From Candidatus Nealsonbacteria bacterium (lineage in GTDB: Bacteria > Patescibacteriota > Minisyncoccia > Minisyncoccales > UBA6532): a stretch of 64,000 nt of DNA. Each line of letters begins with the position of its first letter. Positions within the stretch are counted from its first letter, which is position 1. A model generated the notes under the pieces. That model was given only the letters and a program-made list of their open reading frames with translations, was not told where the DNA came from and searched no databases. A program made the translations under genes and the position numbers. Of this stretch, positions 29,005-39,100 are shown piece by piece. The stretch covers positions 23,305 to 87,304 of the forward strand of contig JACPLN010000003.1 of assembly GCA_016186485.1 (NCBI GenBank), given 5' to 3'.

Positions 29005-30645
29005 TTATTTATTTTTCAAACATGCTTTTACGAATTCTTTGAATAAAGGATGGGGGTTTAACGGCCTTGATTTAAGTTCCGGATGGAACTGCGTTCCGAC
29101 GAAGAAAGGATGGCCCCCCAATTCTATTATTTCTACAAGGTTTCTTTCCGGGTTTTCCCCTGCCATTATCATGTCTTTGCTCTCTAAAACCTCCTTAAAC
29201 GCGTTATTTAGCTCGTAGCGGTGTCTATGGCGTTCAGATATGGTTTTGGCGCCATATGCCTCAAAAGTAGCCGTTTTAGGCTTAATTTTGCACCCATACT
29301 CTCCCAGCCTCATTGTGCCGCCGTATCTTTTCTCTCTTAAAAGAACTTTTTGATCCGGCATAACATCAATAACGTTTTCTTTGCAATTTGGCAGGAATTC
29401 GGTTGAATTAGCATTATTTAGCTTGCAGATATTTCTGGCAAACTCAATAACCGCCAATTGCATTCCAAGGCACAGTCCCAAGTATGGAATTTTGTTTTTC
29501 CTGCAAAACCCGATTGCTTTTATTTTTCCTTCCACTCCCCTGCTTCCAAATCCGCCGGGAACAATAATGCCGTCGTAGTTTTTGAGTTTAATTAATTCTT
29601 TAGGGTTTTCTTCATATTTTTCAGAATCAAGCCAAAAAATCTCCGGCCTTCTTTTGTAAAACCAGGCGGCGTGCTTTATTGCTTCAATCACCGAGATGTA
29701 AGAATCCATTAAGGTAAACTTTCCTGTTTTAAAGTATTTGCCAACTACCCCGATTTTTACCGGCTTAGCCGATGTTTTTATTGTCCTTAATAGCTTTAGC
29801 AGGTCCTTTAAATTAGAATTTTTAGGTTTCATTCCCGCTTTTTTCAGTATTTTATTTCCAAGGTTTTCTTTTTCAAATATAATTGGGATTTCGTAAATTG
29901 GATCCGCATCCGGAGCTGAAATAACGTTTTCTTCAAGGACATTACAGAAAATAGATATTTTTTTCTTTCTCGGCTTATCTAGGGGTTTATCGCCCCTTGC
30001 CAATATAAAGTCTGGCTGAATCCCCGCCATATTTAAAGACCTTACTGCGTATTGGGTGGGTTTAGTTTTCATTTCTCCAACCATTCTGGGAATTGGCAAA
30101 TAGCTTACTAAAACAAAAATTATGTCTTTCGGCTTTTTAATTTTCATCATTCTGGCAGCTTCAAGAAAAAGAAGGTTTTGATATTCCCCTACCGTTCCGC
30201 CAATTTCTATCAAAACAAAATCCGCTTTGCTTCTTCTGGAAGCTTTTTCTATTCTGGATATAACTTCGTTTGGGATATCTGGCACCACCTCAACGCATTT
30301 TCCCCCGTATCCCAAGTTTCTTTCTTTATTAATAACAGTTTGGTAAACCCTTCCGGTGGTAATATAGTTATCGCTGCCCAGGTCAACGTTTAGAAACCTT
30401 TCGTAGTTCCCGATATCTTGGTCGCATTCGGTTCCATCGTTGGTTACAAAAACTTCCCCATGTTCAATGGGGTTCATCGTGCCCGCGTCCACATTTATAT
30501 AAGGATCTATTTTAATGGCGGTGACCTTAAAACCTTTGCTTTGAAGTATTTTTCCTATTGACGAGCAAGCAATGCCTTTTCCGATGCTGGACATAACCCC
30601 TCCCGCCACGAAGATATATTTTGCCACTTTATCGCTTTTCTTCAA
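29005..30645 (-). CDS. pyrG: CTP synthase
   Basis: GGVMSSIGKG, KTKPTQ, VPGGFG, GLCLGMQ, QFHPE. Confidence 0.97.
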   Translation of the reverse strand: MKKSDKVAKYIFVAGGVMSSIGKGIACSSIGKILQSKGFKVTAIKIDPYINVDAGTMNPIEHGEVFVTNDGTECDQDIGNYERFLNVDLGSDNYITTGRVYQTVINKERNLGYGGKCVEVVPDIPNEVISRIEKASRRSKADFVLIEIGGTVGEYQNLLFLEAARMMKIKKPKDIIFVLVSYLPIPRMVGEMKTKPTQYAVRSLNMAGIQPDFILARGDKPLDKPRKKKISIFCNVLEENVISAPDADPIYEIPIIFEKENLGNKILKKAGMKPKNSNLKDLLKLLRTIKTSAKPVKIGVVGKYFKTGKFTLMDSYISVIEAIKHAAWFYKRRPEIFWLDSEKYEENPKELIKLKNYDGIIVPGGFGSRGVEGKIKAIGFCRKNKIPYLGLCLGMQLAVIEFARNICKLNNANSTEFLPNCKENVIDVMPDQKVLLREKRYGGTMRLGEYGCKIKPKTATFEAYGAKTISERHRHRYELNNAFKEVLESKDMIMAGENPERNLVEIIELGGHPFFVGTQFHPELKSRPLNPHPLFKEFVKACLKNK

Positions 30646-31078
30646 TAATAATAACTTTTATTTCCGTTTCTAAATTATGTTCAAAATGGACTTTTACGGG
30701 GAATTCGCCCAGTTCCTTTATTGGATCTCGGAGCATTATTTGGTTCTTTTTAACTTCGTAACCGAGTTCTTTAAGCTTTTCGGAAATCTTTTGAGCGTTA
30801 ATTGATTCAAATAATTGCTTATCGTCCCCCGTTTTCACCGGAATCATTACCTCCAAACCATCCATATTGGAAGCTGCATCCTGATTTTTTTTAAGATCTT
30901 CCTCCTCCTTTTTAGAAATAATTTCTTTTTGCATTTCCAGCCATTTTAAGGCTTCTTCGCTTGCTTTTTTAGCTAAACCATTAGGAATTAAAAAGTTCCT
31001 GGCATGGCCGTCTGATACATCTTTTAGCTCAAATTTCTTTCCTAATTTTTCTACGTCTTGGAGAAGTATGACTTTCAT
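30629..31078 (-). CDS. rplI: 50S ribosomal protein L9
   Basis: MKVILLQDV..LGK, GHARNFLIP, PIKELG. Confidence 0.96.
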   Translation of the reverse strand: MKVILLQDVEKLGKKFELKDVSDGHARNFLIPNGLAKKASEEALKWLEMQKEIISKKEEEDLKKNQDAASNMDGLEVMIPVKTGDDKQLFESINAQKISEKLKELGYEVKKNQIMLRDPIKELGEFPVKVHFEHNLETEIKVIIIEEKR

Positions 31079-31080
31079 AG

Positions 31081-32283
31081 TTATAATTCATTTAATAAAT
31101 TAATTGCTTTATCCAGCTGGGGATCTTTTTCGCTTTTAATATTATCTTCTGTTATTTCAATTTTAACATCTGGTTCCAAACCAAGGCCGGAAATAAGGTT
31201 TCCTTTTGGGGTCAGCCAGCGGGCTATGGTAACCTTGATTGACCCTTCTCTTAAATCTTCCAGTTGCTGAACAGATCCTTTTCCAAACGACTTTTCCCCT
31301 ATTAATTTTATACCACGATTATCTCTTAGGGCTCCAGCCAGAATTTCAGAAGCGGAAGCCGATCCCTCGTTAATCAGGACCGCCACGGGGTAGTTTACAA
31401 ACGGCCCGCTTCCATTAGATTTATATTCATTTTTTTCTTTATTTTGTCCGAAGTCTTCTATGGCCACTATTTCTCCTTTCTTTAGAAACCAGCTTGATAT
31501 GTCTTGGGCAATCTCAAGGAATCCTCCCGGGTTGTTGCGAATATCAAGAATAATTTTCTTTGCATTGCTATTTAATATTTTAATAGCTGCCTTGGAAAAC
31601 TCAACTCTTGCCGTTTCTGAAAAATGGTAGATTTTAATATAAGCTATATCGTTATCTTTAATTTCAAATTTTATTGAAGGAATTTGGATAACGTCTCTTA
31701 TTATTTCAAAGTCTTTTGTTTTTTGCCATCCCTTTCTGGCTATAGTAAGAATAACCGCGGTTCCTTTTTGGCCTCTTATCAGCCTCACTGCTTCTTCAAC
31801 AGTCATATCTTGGGTTGAACTTCCGTTGACCATAATGATTTTATCTCCCGCCATAATGCCCGCTATAAATGCAGGGGTTTCTTCCAGGGGAGAAATTACT
31901 GTAATCTGGCCGTCTCTCATTCCTATTTCCATTCCTACTCCCTGGAATTCACCAGACATGTCTTCTTTAAATATCTTGCTTTCTTGAGGAGGCAAAAAAA
32001 CGGTATAGGGATCTTTCAAAGATTTTAACATGCCGGAGATAGCCCCGTAAAGCATTTGTTTTGGGTCCAAATTATCCCTTTCAACGTATTTATTTTGTAA
32101 GATCGCCCAAGCTTCCCAAAACAAAGAGAAGTCTACTCCTTGCGGCTGGCCAAGTTCAGAGTTTTGAACGCCGAAAATAATTTCCGTTCTCGCCTTTGAT
32201 TTTCCAAAGTAAAATCCGGAACCGAAAGCGCTCGCCCCCAGAAATAAAATAAAAACAAAGATTATTACAACCTTTTTATTCAT
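31081..32283 (-). CDS. ctpA: S41 carboxy-terminal processing protease
   Basis: DPYT, PDZ domain, DIRNNPGG, SASASEI.AG, FGKG. Confidence 0.92.
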   Translation of the reverse strand: MNKKVVIIFVFILFLGASAFGSGFYFGKSKARTEIIFGVQNSELGQPQGVDFSLFWEAWAILQNKYVERDNLDPKQMLYGAISGMLKSLKDPYTVFLPPQESKIFKEDMSGEFQGVGMEIGMRDGQITVISPLEETPAFIAGIMAGDKIIMVNGSSTQDMTVEEAVRLIRGQKGTAVILTIARKGWQKTKDFEIIRDVIQIPSIKFEIKDNDIAYIKIYHFSETARVEFSKAAIKILNSNAKKIILDIRNNPGGFLEIAQDISSWFLKKGEIVAIEDFGQNKEKNEYKSNGSGPFVNYPVAVLINEGSASASEILAGALRDNRGIKLIGEKSFGKGSVQQLEDLREGSIKVTIARWLTPKGNLISGLGLEPDVKIEITEDNIKSEKDPQLDKAINLLNEL

Positions 32284-32395
32284 TTGGTTTATTGCTTCTA
32301 TTATAACAGCTTTGTGAATTACATCAAGAATTTGTACAAATAAAAATTCTTATTTGACAAGAATAAAATTAGTTATATTATATAACTGGTATCCA

Positions 32396-32836
32396 ATGTG
32401 CGAGGTGGTTCAGGTAAAAACCGATTTTATAATAATCCGCGGCGAGATACCGGTAGAAATCTTTAGACTATTGCAAAATCCGCAATGGGAAGAGGCCCCG
32501 CCTCTATATAAAAACCGGTGCGGAACGCATAAAGGAAAGATATTCAGGCGTATAAGCTTCTGGGGATATAATCTTAGCGATGAATCAGATGAAATCTGCG
32601 GAACACAATACAGAATTATCATCAAAGATATCTTTACCAATTGGGGAATTGCTCTAAGAGGATACGCGCCATTCGTTTGTTTTCCGCAAGAAACAGAAAA
32701 AAATAACAAGGTTCCTGTTTTCTTGGGAGGATTTCACCCCCTGTCTATGGGTAATAATTTTGAAGCCCAAACAGTTATCTGTGAAATTATCATAGAAATT
32801 CTTAACTCGGCATCCGAAGCTCTGGTTGAAGCTTAA
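32396..32836 (+). CDS. Hypothetical protein (ORFan)
   Basis: TTGACA promoter at 32354; hairpin terminator at ~32860-32885; start placed at ATG 32396. Confidence 0.6.
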   Translation: MCEVVQVKTDFIIIRGEIPVEIFRLLQNPQWEEAPPLYKNRCGTHKGKIFRRISFWGYNLSDESDEICGTQYRIIIKDIFTNWGIALRGYAPFVCFPQETEKNNKVPVFLGGFHPLSMGNNFEAQTVICEIIIEILNSASEALVEA

Positions 32837-32920
32837 ACAAAAAGGCCTTAGCTAGAGCCTTTTTTTATGCACTGCTCTTTAAAAAAAAGAATGGGCATCC
32901 TTTTGCGAGAAGTGCCCATG

Positions 32921-33556
32921 TTATGCCCGAAGGCGAGCAAGCGATCTGGCGATGTTTCGCCGAGCTTGCGTTTCGTACTTGTTGCGGAAGAGCTGTGTAG
33001 AGTAGATTGCCGATCGGTCGAGAAACGATTTCAGTATCGCTGACCGTCCGGCGACAAATGCATCTTCGGCGACCCACTCGTACTCCCTGCGAACCTGTCG
33101 CTCGTATTCATCGAACTTGTCCTCGGACTGACCGAGAATCGAGAGGTCGATGTCCACGAGAAGCTGAACATCAGGATCAGTGGGAACCGAAGTGTGCTTC
33201 GTTGCCGTGATGAGATTTACCACCGATAGTCCGAGATCGTCGGGCAACGAAGCATTTCTCACCATTTCTACCGCGAGCACCGCACTCCGCTCTTCGCTGT
33301 CTTTGGCCTTGGTATCGTAGATTGTGTCGTGATACCAGAGAGCCAATTCCACGGTGTCGGGATTGGTTACGAGGTTTCGGACTTGCTCGAATTCGTCAAG
33401 ACAGTGCCCGATGTGCTCAAGCGTGTGGTACGCTCGGTGCGGTTCAGAGTATCGCGCAACAAGGTCGTTGTAGACCTTACTTGCGTCTCCTCGCGCACCA
33501 AGGCGTTTCCACAAAGCCGTCCAGCGTTGTTCTTGTGTCATCGTCATCCTCTTCAT
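32921..33556 (-). CDS. Predicted HD-superfamily metal-dependent phosphohydrolase (COG4339-like)
   Basis: YSEPHRAYH...H, WYHD.IYD, DIDLSILG, VRREY; visibly GC-richer than flanks. Confidence 0.88.
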   Translation of the reverse strand: MKRMTMTQEQRWTALWKRLGARGDASKVYNDLVARYSEPHRAYHTLEHIGHCLDEFEQVRNLVTNPDTVELALWYHDTIYDTKAKDSEERSAVLAVEMVRNASLPDDLGLSVVNLITATKHTSVPTDPDVQLLVDIDLSILGQSEDKFDEYERQVRREYEWVAEDAFVAGRSAILKSFLDRSAIYSTQLFRNKYETQARRNIARSLARLRA

Positions 33557-33664
33557 TACCTAGATTTCACTCAAGGATAGGATAGCATATCAGACCATAA
33601 AAGCCAAGAGGCGACAAGTGTCGTTTCTTGGAGAGAATCTTATGAAAATTTTTCTTTTCCAACG

Positions 33665-33739
33665 TGGTACCCCCGGTGGGATTCGAACCCACAACTCTCA
33701 GCTTAAAAGGCTGATACTCTACCATTGAGTTACGGGGGC
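33665..33739 (-). tRNA. tRNA-Lys(TTT)
   Basis: Cloverleaf GCCCCCG...CGGGGGT-ACCA, anticodon loop CT-TTT-AA, TTCGAAT T-loop. Confidence 0.95.
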
Positions 33740-33748
33740 GTATTCTGA

Positions 33749-34822
33749 TTATATCCCTTCCTCTCTCAATTTTTCAAGCAGTTCTTTTTGTTTTTTGGTT
33801 ATTTTTTTCGGCGTTTTAACTATTAATCTTGCGTAAAGATTTCCCCTGCCGTATCCGGAAAAACGAGGAATCCCCTTGCCGGAAATTTTAAAAACTTCTC
33901 CTGATTCAATACCGGCCGGAATGTTAAGCAAAACGCTGCTTTTTTCTAGGTTTGGAATTTCAATTTTGTCTCCTAACGCCGCTTGGGAAAAAGAAACAGG
34001 AACATCAACATATATATCGTCTCCCTTTCTTTCAAAAAGAGGATGCTTCTTAACAAAAATTTTTACGAAAAGGTCTCCGGATTTTCCTCCTCTTTTGCCA
34101 GCATCGCCCTTGCCATCAATTTTTATCACTTGGTTTTCGTCAACGCCCGGGGGAATTAAAATCTCAATCTCTTCTTCTCCGGCTACCCTTCCTTCGCCTT
34201 TGCAGACATTGCATGGTTTTTCCGGCTTTGTCCCTTCTCCTTTGCATTCGGGACAAATTGCGTATCTGGCAAACGATCCAAGAAAAGTTCTTTTTATTTG
34301 CTGAACTTCCCCGGATCCTCTGCATGAAAAACATTCATTAATTTTACTGCCGGGTTCTCCGCCTGTCCCCCCGCATCTTGAACAAAATATCATTTTCTCT
34401 AAAGAAATATTTTTCTTCAAGCCATTCAAAGCCGCTTCCAATGGTATTTCAATCCCGACCTCAATATCTTTGCCTTGTTTTAAATCGCTTTTTGGATTAT
34501 TTCTGCCAAAACCGAAAAAGTCTCCGAATATTTCGCCAAAATCTGTCATTGATTCAAAGTCAAAACCAAATCCGCCTTCGGCGGAAAAGCCCTGATCAAA
34601 ACCTGACCCGTTTCCTTCAAAAGTTCTGCCGAATTTGTCGTACTGGGATTTCTTGCTGTCGTCTGAAAGAACCTGATACGCTTCGTTTATTTCCTTGAAC
34701 TTTTTTTCGTCCCCGCCTTTATGGGGATGGTGCTTATGGGCCAGTTTGTAATACGCTTTTTTTATTTCATCCTTGGAAGCGTCGCGGGAAACCCCTAAAA
34801 TTTGATAGTAATCTTTATCCAT
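33749..34822 (-). CDS. dnaJ: Chaperone DnaJ (class A), with HPH in place of HPD
   Basis: J-domain, G/F region, four CxxCxGxG repeats, C-terminal domain. Confidence 0.95.
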   Translation of the reverse strand: MDKDYYQILGVSRDASKDEIKKAYYKLAHKHHPHKGGDEKKFKEINEAYQVLSDDSKKSQYDKFGRTFEGNGSGFDQGFSAEGGFGFDFESMTDFGEIFGDFFGFGRNNPKSDLKQGKDIEVGIEIPLEAALNGLKKNISLEKMIFCSRCGGTGGEPGSKINECFSCRGSGEVQQIKRTFLGSFARYAICPECKGEGTKPEKPCNVCKGEGRVAGEEEIEILIPPGVDENQVIKIDGKGDAGKRGGKSGDLFVKIFVKKHPLFERKGDDIYVDVPVSFSQAALGDKIEIPNLEKSSVLLNIPAGIESGEVFKISGKGIPRFSGYGRGNLYARLIVKTPKKITKKQKELLEKLREEGI

Positions 34823-34830
34823 TATGTTTT

Positions 34831-36666
34831 TTATTTATGCTCGTCGTCCTTTTTATGCATTTGGGTTCCGACCTTCTGGAGAGCCTGGGATAATTCCTGG
34901 GTTTTTTGCTTAAGGTCAGCCAAATTATCACTGTCTTTTATCTTTTTCAGCTCTTCAATTTTTTCTTCAATTTCCTTTTTCACATCCGAAGAAATTTTTT
35001 CCCCCATTTCTTTTAGGGTTTTTTCCGCGGTATAAATCAATCCTTCGGCTAGGTTTCTGGCTTCTATAATTTCTCTTTTTTTCGCGTCTTCTTCGGCGTG
35101 CAATTCAGCTTCCTTTTTCATTTTTTCTATTTCTTCTTTTGAAAGGCCGACCGACCCTTCAATCCTAATTGATTGAGATTTGGCCGTTGCCTTGTCTTTA
35201 GCGGTTACCGTTAAGATTCCGTTGGCGTCAATATCAAACGTGACTTCAACTTGGGGCATTCCTCTTGGCGAAGGCGGAATCCCGTCCAAAAAGAACCTTC
35301 CTACCGATCTGTTATCTTTTGCCATTGGCCTTTCTCCCTGCAGAACATTTATTTCCACCGAAGTTTGATTGTCTGCGGCGGTTGAGAAAACTTGAGTTTT
35401 TGAAACAGGAATAGTGGTATTCTTTGAAATCATTACCGTATTAACGTTCCCTAAGGTTTCAATTCCCAAAGAAAGCGGCAGAACGTCCAAAAGCAAGACG
35501 CTTTTAATTCCTTCTTCAGCCCCTTTGCCCCCCCTAACTATTTCAGCCTCAATCGCAGCCCCTAAGGCAACTACCTCCTCCGGATTAATGGATATGTTTG
35601 GTTCTTTGCCGAAAAAATCTTTCACCGCTTTCCTAACTGCAGGAATTAAAGTTGTTCCTCCCACCAAAACAATTTCTTCTATCTCGGATTTGGCCATCTT
35701 AATTTCTTCCAAAGTTTTCTTCACCCTCTCAATAGACCTGTCAACCAAATCACTTGTTAGGTTTTCAAACTGAGCCCTTGTCAGCTTCATTAATAAATGT
35801 TTGGGGCCAGAAGAATCCGAAGTAATAAAAGGAAGGTTTATTTCCGTTTCTAGGGCGGAAGATAGCTCAATTTTTGCTTTTTCTGCCGATTCTTTTAGTC
35901 TCTGCAGAGCCAGAGGATCTTTTGACAGATCAATTCCGCTGTCTTTTTTAAATTGTTCTACGACCCAATTGATTATTCTTTGGTCAAAGTCTCTTCCCCC
36001 CAAATGCGGCTCTCCGCCGGTAGCCATAACTTTAACGGTATCCGGGGTAATATCTAAAATTGAAACGTCAAAAGTCCCGCCCCCGAAATCATAAACCGCT
36101 ATCTGCTGGTTTGTTTTTTTCGTAAACCCGTAAGCCAAAGCCGCGGCAGTGGGCTCGTTGACCAGCAACAAAACGTTGAACCCGGCGATTTCACCGGCTG
36201 CTTTGGTTGCTTTTCTTTGAGAATCGTCAAAGTTTGCGGGGCAGGTAATGACAGCATCGGTTATTTTCTCTCCTAATTTTTCTTCGGCATCCAATTTTAT
36301 CTTTTGAAGAATCATTGAAGAAATTTCAATCGGGGTCAGCCATTTGTCTCCCATTTTCACCTCAACTTCGCCGTCTTTCCTTTCCCTCGTCTCATAAGAC
36401 AAAAGCTTTAATTCTTTCTGGACTTCACTGTCCTGAAACCTTCTTCCGATAAACCTTTTAACCGAATGGATAGTGTTTTTGGGATTGGTAATGGCCTGCC
36501 TTTCTGCCAAAATTCCAACCAATCTTTCTCCTGTTTTGGACAACGCCACAACGGAGGGCACCAAAACAGAACCCTCTAGGGCTTCAATGCACTTGGGCTC
36601 CCCGTCTATAATGGAAGCCATTTTTGAAATGGATGTTCCTAAATCTATTCCTAATACTTTTGACAT
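34831..36666 (-). CDS. dnaK: Chaperone DnaK (divergent)
   Basis: [26 protein letters not shown] linker, DNQTSV. Confidence 0.96.
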   Translation of the reverse strand: MSKVLGIDLGTSISKMASIIDGEPKCIEALEGSVLVPSVVALSKTGERLVGILAERQAITNPKNTIHSVKRFIGRRFQDSEVQKELKLLSYETRERKDGEVEVKMGDKWLTPIEISSMILQKIKLDAEEKLGEKITDAVITCPANFDDSQRKATKAAGEIAGFNVLLLVNEPTAAALAYGFTKKTNQQIAVYDFGGGTFDVSILDITPDTVKVMATGGEPHLGGRDFDQRIINWVVEQFKKDSGIDLSKDPLALQRLKESAEKAKIELSSALETEINLPFITSDSSGPKHLLMKLTRAQFENLTSDLVDRSIERVKKTLEEIKMAKSEIEEIVLVGGTTLIPAVRKAVKDFFGKEPNISINPEEVVALGAAIEAEIVRGGKGAEEGIKSVLLLDVLPLSLGIETLGNVNTVMISKNTTIPVSKTQVFSTAADNQTSVEINVLQGERPMAKDNRSVGRFFLDGIPPSPRGMPQVEVTFDIDANGILTVTAKDKATAKSQSIRIEGSVGLSKEEIEKMKKEAELHAEEDAKKREIIEARNLAEGLIYTAEKTLKEMGEKISSDVKKEIEEKIEELKKIKDSDNLADLKQKTQELSQALQKVGTQMHKKDDEHK

Positions 36667-36682
36667 AATTTTGAAACTTTAA

Positions 36683-37141
36683 TTACTTATTTATTTTGAC
36701 CCTGGCAGGTCTTATAATCCTGCCATTAATTTTATAACCTTTTTGGATTTCTTCAAATATAACGCCCGATTCCTTGTCTTTGATCTCAATTTCTCCGACT
36801 ACTTCATGCAGATTAGGATCAAATCTTTCCCCCATTGTCTTCATTTCTTCTACCCCCCGGCTTTTTAGAAAGTTTTCCAGCTGGCTTTTTATCTGCAATA
36901 ATCCCTTAACGTTTTCATTATTTTTTTCGTCATCTGGTATATTTTTTTCCGCTATTTCTAAGTTGTCCAAAATTGGTAAAAGCTTTATTATTAACTCTTC
37001 TGCGCCGTAGTCAAAAAATTCTTTCGCCCTTTTCGCCTCCTCCTTTTTATAATTTAAAAAATTTGCTCTTTCTCTTTGCCAGCCAGCCAGGTATTCTTCT
37101 GCCTGTTTTTGGCATTCGTTTTTATCTGTTTTATCTGCCAT
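36683..37141 (-). CDS. grpE: Nucleotide exchange factor GrpE
   Basis: [27 protein letters not shown]....RIIRPARV. Confidence 0.95.
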   Translation of the reverse strand: MADKTDKNECQKQAEEYLAGWQRERANFLNYKKEEAKRAKEFFDYGAEELIIKLLPILDNLEIAEKNIPDDEKNNENVKGLLQIKSQLENFLKSRGVEEMKTMGERFDPNLHEVVGEIEIKDKESGVIFEEIQKGYKINGRIIRPARVKINK

Positions 37142-37808
37142 ACTTGTTAATTAAGCTAATATTTTTCCTATAATGCATGCGTTTTGGCCCCAAAATAGCT
37201 AAAACCAAGTCTTCCGGCGTTCTATACCTGGAAATAACAATACTTAGGTCGCCCTGGGCCAAAAACGGGTTTTCTTTCCCAATTTGTACCCTAAGCCCAA
37301 AAGGGATGTTAAAAAATAAATTCTCAAAATTCTCTTCTAGGCTTGCAACGGTTTCAATAAATTTTATTCCGTATTTTGGCTCTAAAAATTCTGGTTCTTG
37401 GAAAACGAATTCCAAGCCCTCTTTCCAAAAAACCCTTTCTTTCGCTAAAAATCCGAAAACAAAACCTGAAGCGTTTTGAGAAATGTCTTTTGTGATTTCC
37501 CGAAGAAGCGATAAAGGATTTTCTGCGCCTTGCCAATCTTTCTTTTCCCTATCTTCATAAAAATTCTTATCCAAAAGCCCGTCTACAAAAAATCTGTACC
37601 CCTTATCCGTTGGTATCCTGCCGGCTGAAGTATGAGGCTGGGTAATATATCCCATTTTAGTCAGCTTCTGCATTTCCAGCCTTACGGTGGCAGGAGATAC
37701 CCCCAAACCTAAAATTTGGTCAATTTCTTTTGAACCAACAGGTTCCGCAAAACTTATGTATTTTTCAACAATTCCGTTAAGAATATCTTTTTGTCTTTTT
37801 GTTAACAT
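37131..37808 (-). CDS. hrcA: Heat-shock repressor HrcA (short form)
   Basis: [36 protein letters not shown]; start placed at ATG 37808. Confidence 0.93.
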   Translation of the reverse strand: MLTKRQKDILNGIVEKYISFAEPVGSKEIDQILGLGVSPATVRLEMQKLTKMGYITQPHTSAGRIPTDKGYRFFVDGLLDKNFYEDREKKDWQGAENPLSLLREITKDISQNASGFVFGFLAKERVFWKEGLEFVFQEPEFLEPKYGIKFIETVASLEENFENLFFNIPFGLRVQIGKENPFLAQGDLSIVISRYRTPEDLVLAILGPKRMHYRKNISLINKYGR

Positions 37809-37826
37809 CAATCCCATTCTATTTTA

Positions 37827-37853
37827 TTGTCACTCCCCTGTCAAGAGTGCTAA
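37827..37853 (-). promoter_or_regulatory. CIRCE operator overlapping the sigma70 promoter of the hrcA operon
   Basis: TTAGCACTC-N9-GAGTGACAA; the spacer contains TTGACA, 17 nt from TAGAAT. Confidence 0.9.
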
Positions 37854-39091
37854 TAGTTTAAATGTGCCAACAGAAAAGGTAGGGTCTTTTTTTCTTTTTT
37901 TGCCCTTTTCAGACTTAAATAAAAAGCGGTTAGGCTTTCTTTTATTGTGCCCACGCATTCAAAAGGCTTGAATCCTCTTTGGCCGATTAATTTTTCCATC
38001 ACCGGAATAAGTTTCTTGTCGTCAAAAAGGTTTTTGCCGAATATTTTTATTAGTTCTTTTTCTTTCAAAAAAGGATAAAGACAGGCAAAAACAAACAAAC
38101 ATTTCGGGCATTTTCCGCACCATTTTTTAATAGGTTTTTTTGTTCCGGAACCAGTTTTAAACGCTTCGTTGCAGCTCATAAAAGCATAAAAATACTTTGG
38201 GTGTTTGGAAAAAAGCTTGGCAATTTGGATCTCGTAAAGATGCCTTAAAAAGCTGAAGTATTCTATGTTTTTTACCAGATACTTTTTTGAATACTGCCCG
38301 AAAAGCTTTTCAAACTCAGAACCTTTTGACCATTGATGATTTATGGTTTTCCCCAAGTACTTCAGGTTTCCTTCGTCAGCGCTCTTTTCGTTTGAAAAAG
38401 CAAGGTATTTGTAATCAAAAATAGCGCCGAGCAATACGCTTAAAAAAGCCAGGTAGGCGGAAAACGGAGTATGGCCATTTAAATATCCTTTACGGTTTAG
38501 TTCAAGCAGTTTTTTATCTATTTTTCGCTCAACAATAATTGGCTGTTTGCATCCCGCGATTCTTATTATCTTTTTTGCAGCCGGCGTAGGGTTAAGAGAA
38601 AAACAATTTATTTGTTTTCCTTTCTTCTTTAAAGTTTCTAGGGTTACTACGGAATCTTTTCCTCCTCCGACAGCAACTAAAGTTTTTTGGCGATCTAAGG
38701 GGCCCCTATAAGCATGATTTTTTATACTACTTTCAATTTTAAATCCCGGCATTAGAAAACTAATTTTATTTTCATAGAAAAACTGTCCCATTCCTTTTAA
38801 AATAAGGTTTTGCCACCACTTAATTTGATAGCTATCCAAATAGCCGGCCCTAATAACGATTTCAGGAGAACAGGTTGCCTTCCAATAAGTTGGTATTTCA
38901 GCCAAACCAAGATTAAAAATTAGGTTATCTATGAAATTTTTGCCAATTGACAGCAATCTTTTCTTGTTTACCTTTCTGATCGTTATTTCAGGATAAAAAT
39001 TAATATTGGGTTCAATGGAAAAATGGAAGAAGATTTTTAAGTTATCCCTTTTAATTTCGTAAGAATAATCGTTATACACGAACTTATTCAT
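37850..39091 (-). CDS. murL: MurL-like UDP-MurNAc-L-Ala-L-Glu epimerase
   Basis: GGGKDS PP-loop, NGHTPFS, SNEKSA, NHQWSK, SCN, WCGKCPKCLF, KPFECVG; directly downstream of mraY. Confidence 0.75.
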   Translation of the reverse strand: MNKFVYNDYSYEIKRDNLKIFFHFSIEPNINFYPEITIRKVNKKRLLSIGKNFIDNLIFNLGLAEIPTYWKATCSPEIVIRAGYLDSYQIKWWQNLILKGMGQFFYENKISFLMPGFKIESSIKNHAYRGPLDRQKTLVAVGGGKDSVVTLETLKKKGKQINCFSLNPTPAAKKIIRIAGCKQPIIVERKIDKKLLELNRKGYLNGHTPFSAYLAFLSVLLGAIFDYKYLAFSNEKSADEGNLKYLGKTINHQWSKGSEFEKLFGQYSKKYLVKNIEYFSFLRHLYEIQIAKLFSKHPKYFYAFMSCNEAFKTGSGTKKPIKKWCGKCPKCLFVFACLYPFLKEKELIKIFGKNLFDDKKLIPVMEKLIGQRGFKPFECVGTIKESLTAFYLSLKRAKKEKKTLPFLLAHLNY

Positions 39092-39100
39092 TGTTTCTGT

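Noticed and set aside
36060-36100. Catalytically dead DnaK
   Set aside because: GGGTFD (T199), NEP (E171) and the K70 equivalent are intact; the substitutions cluster mainly at the J-domain interface.
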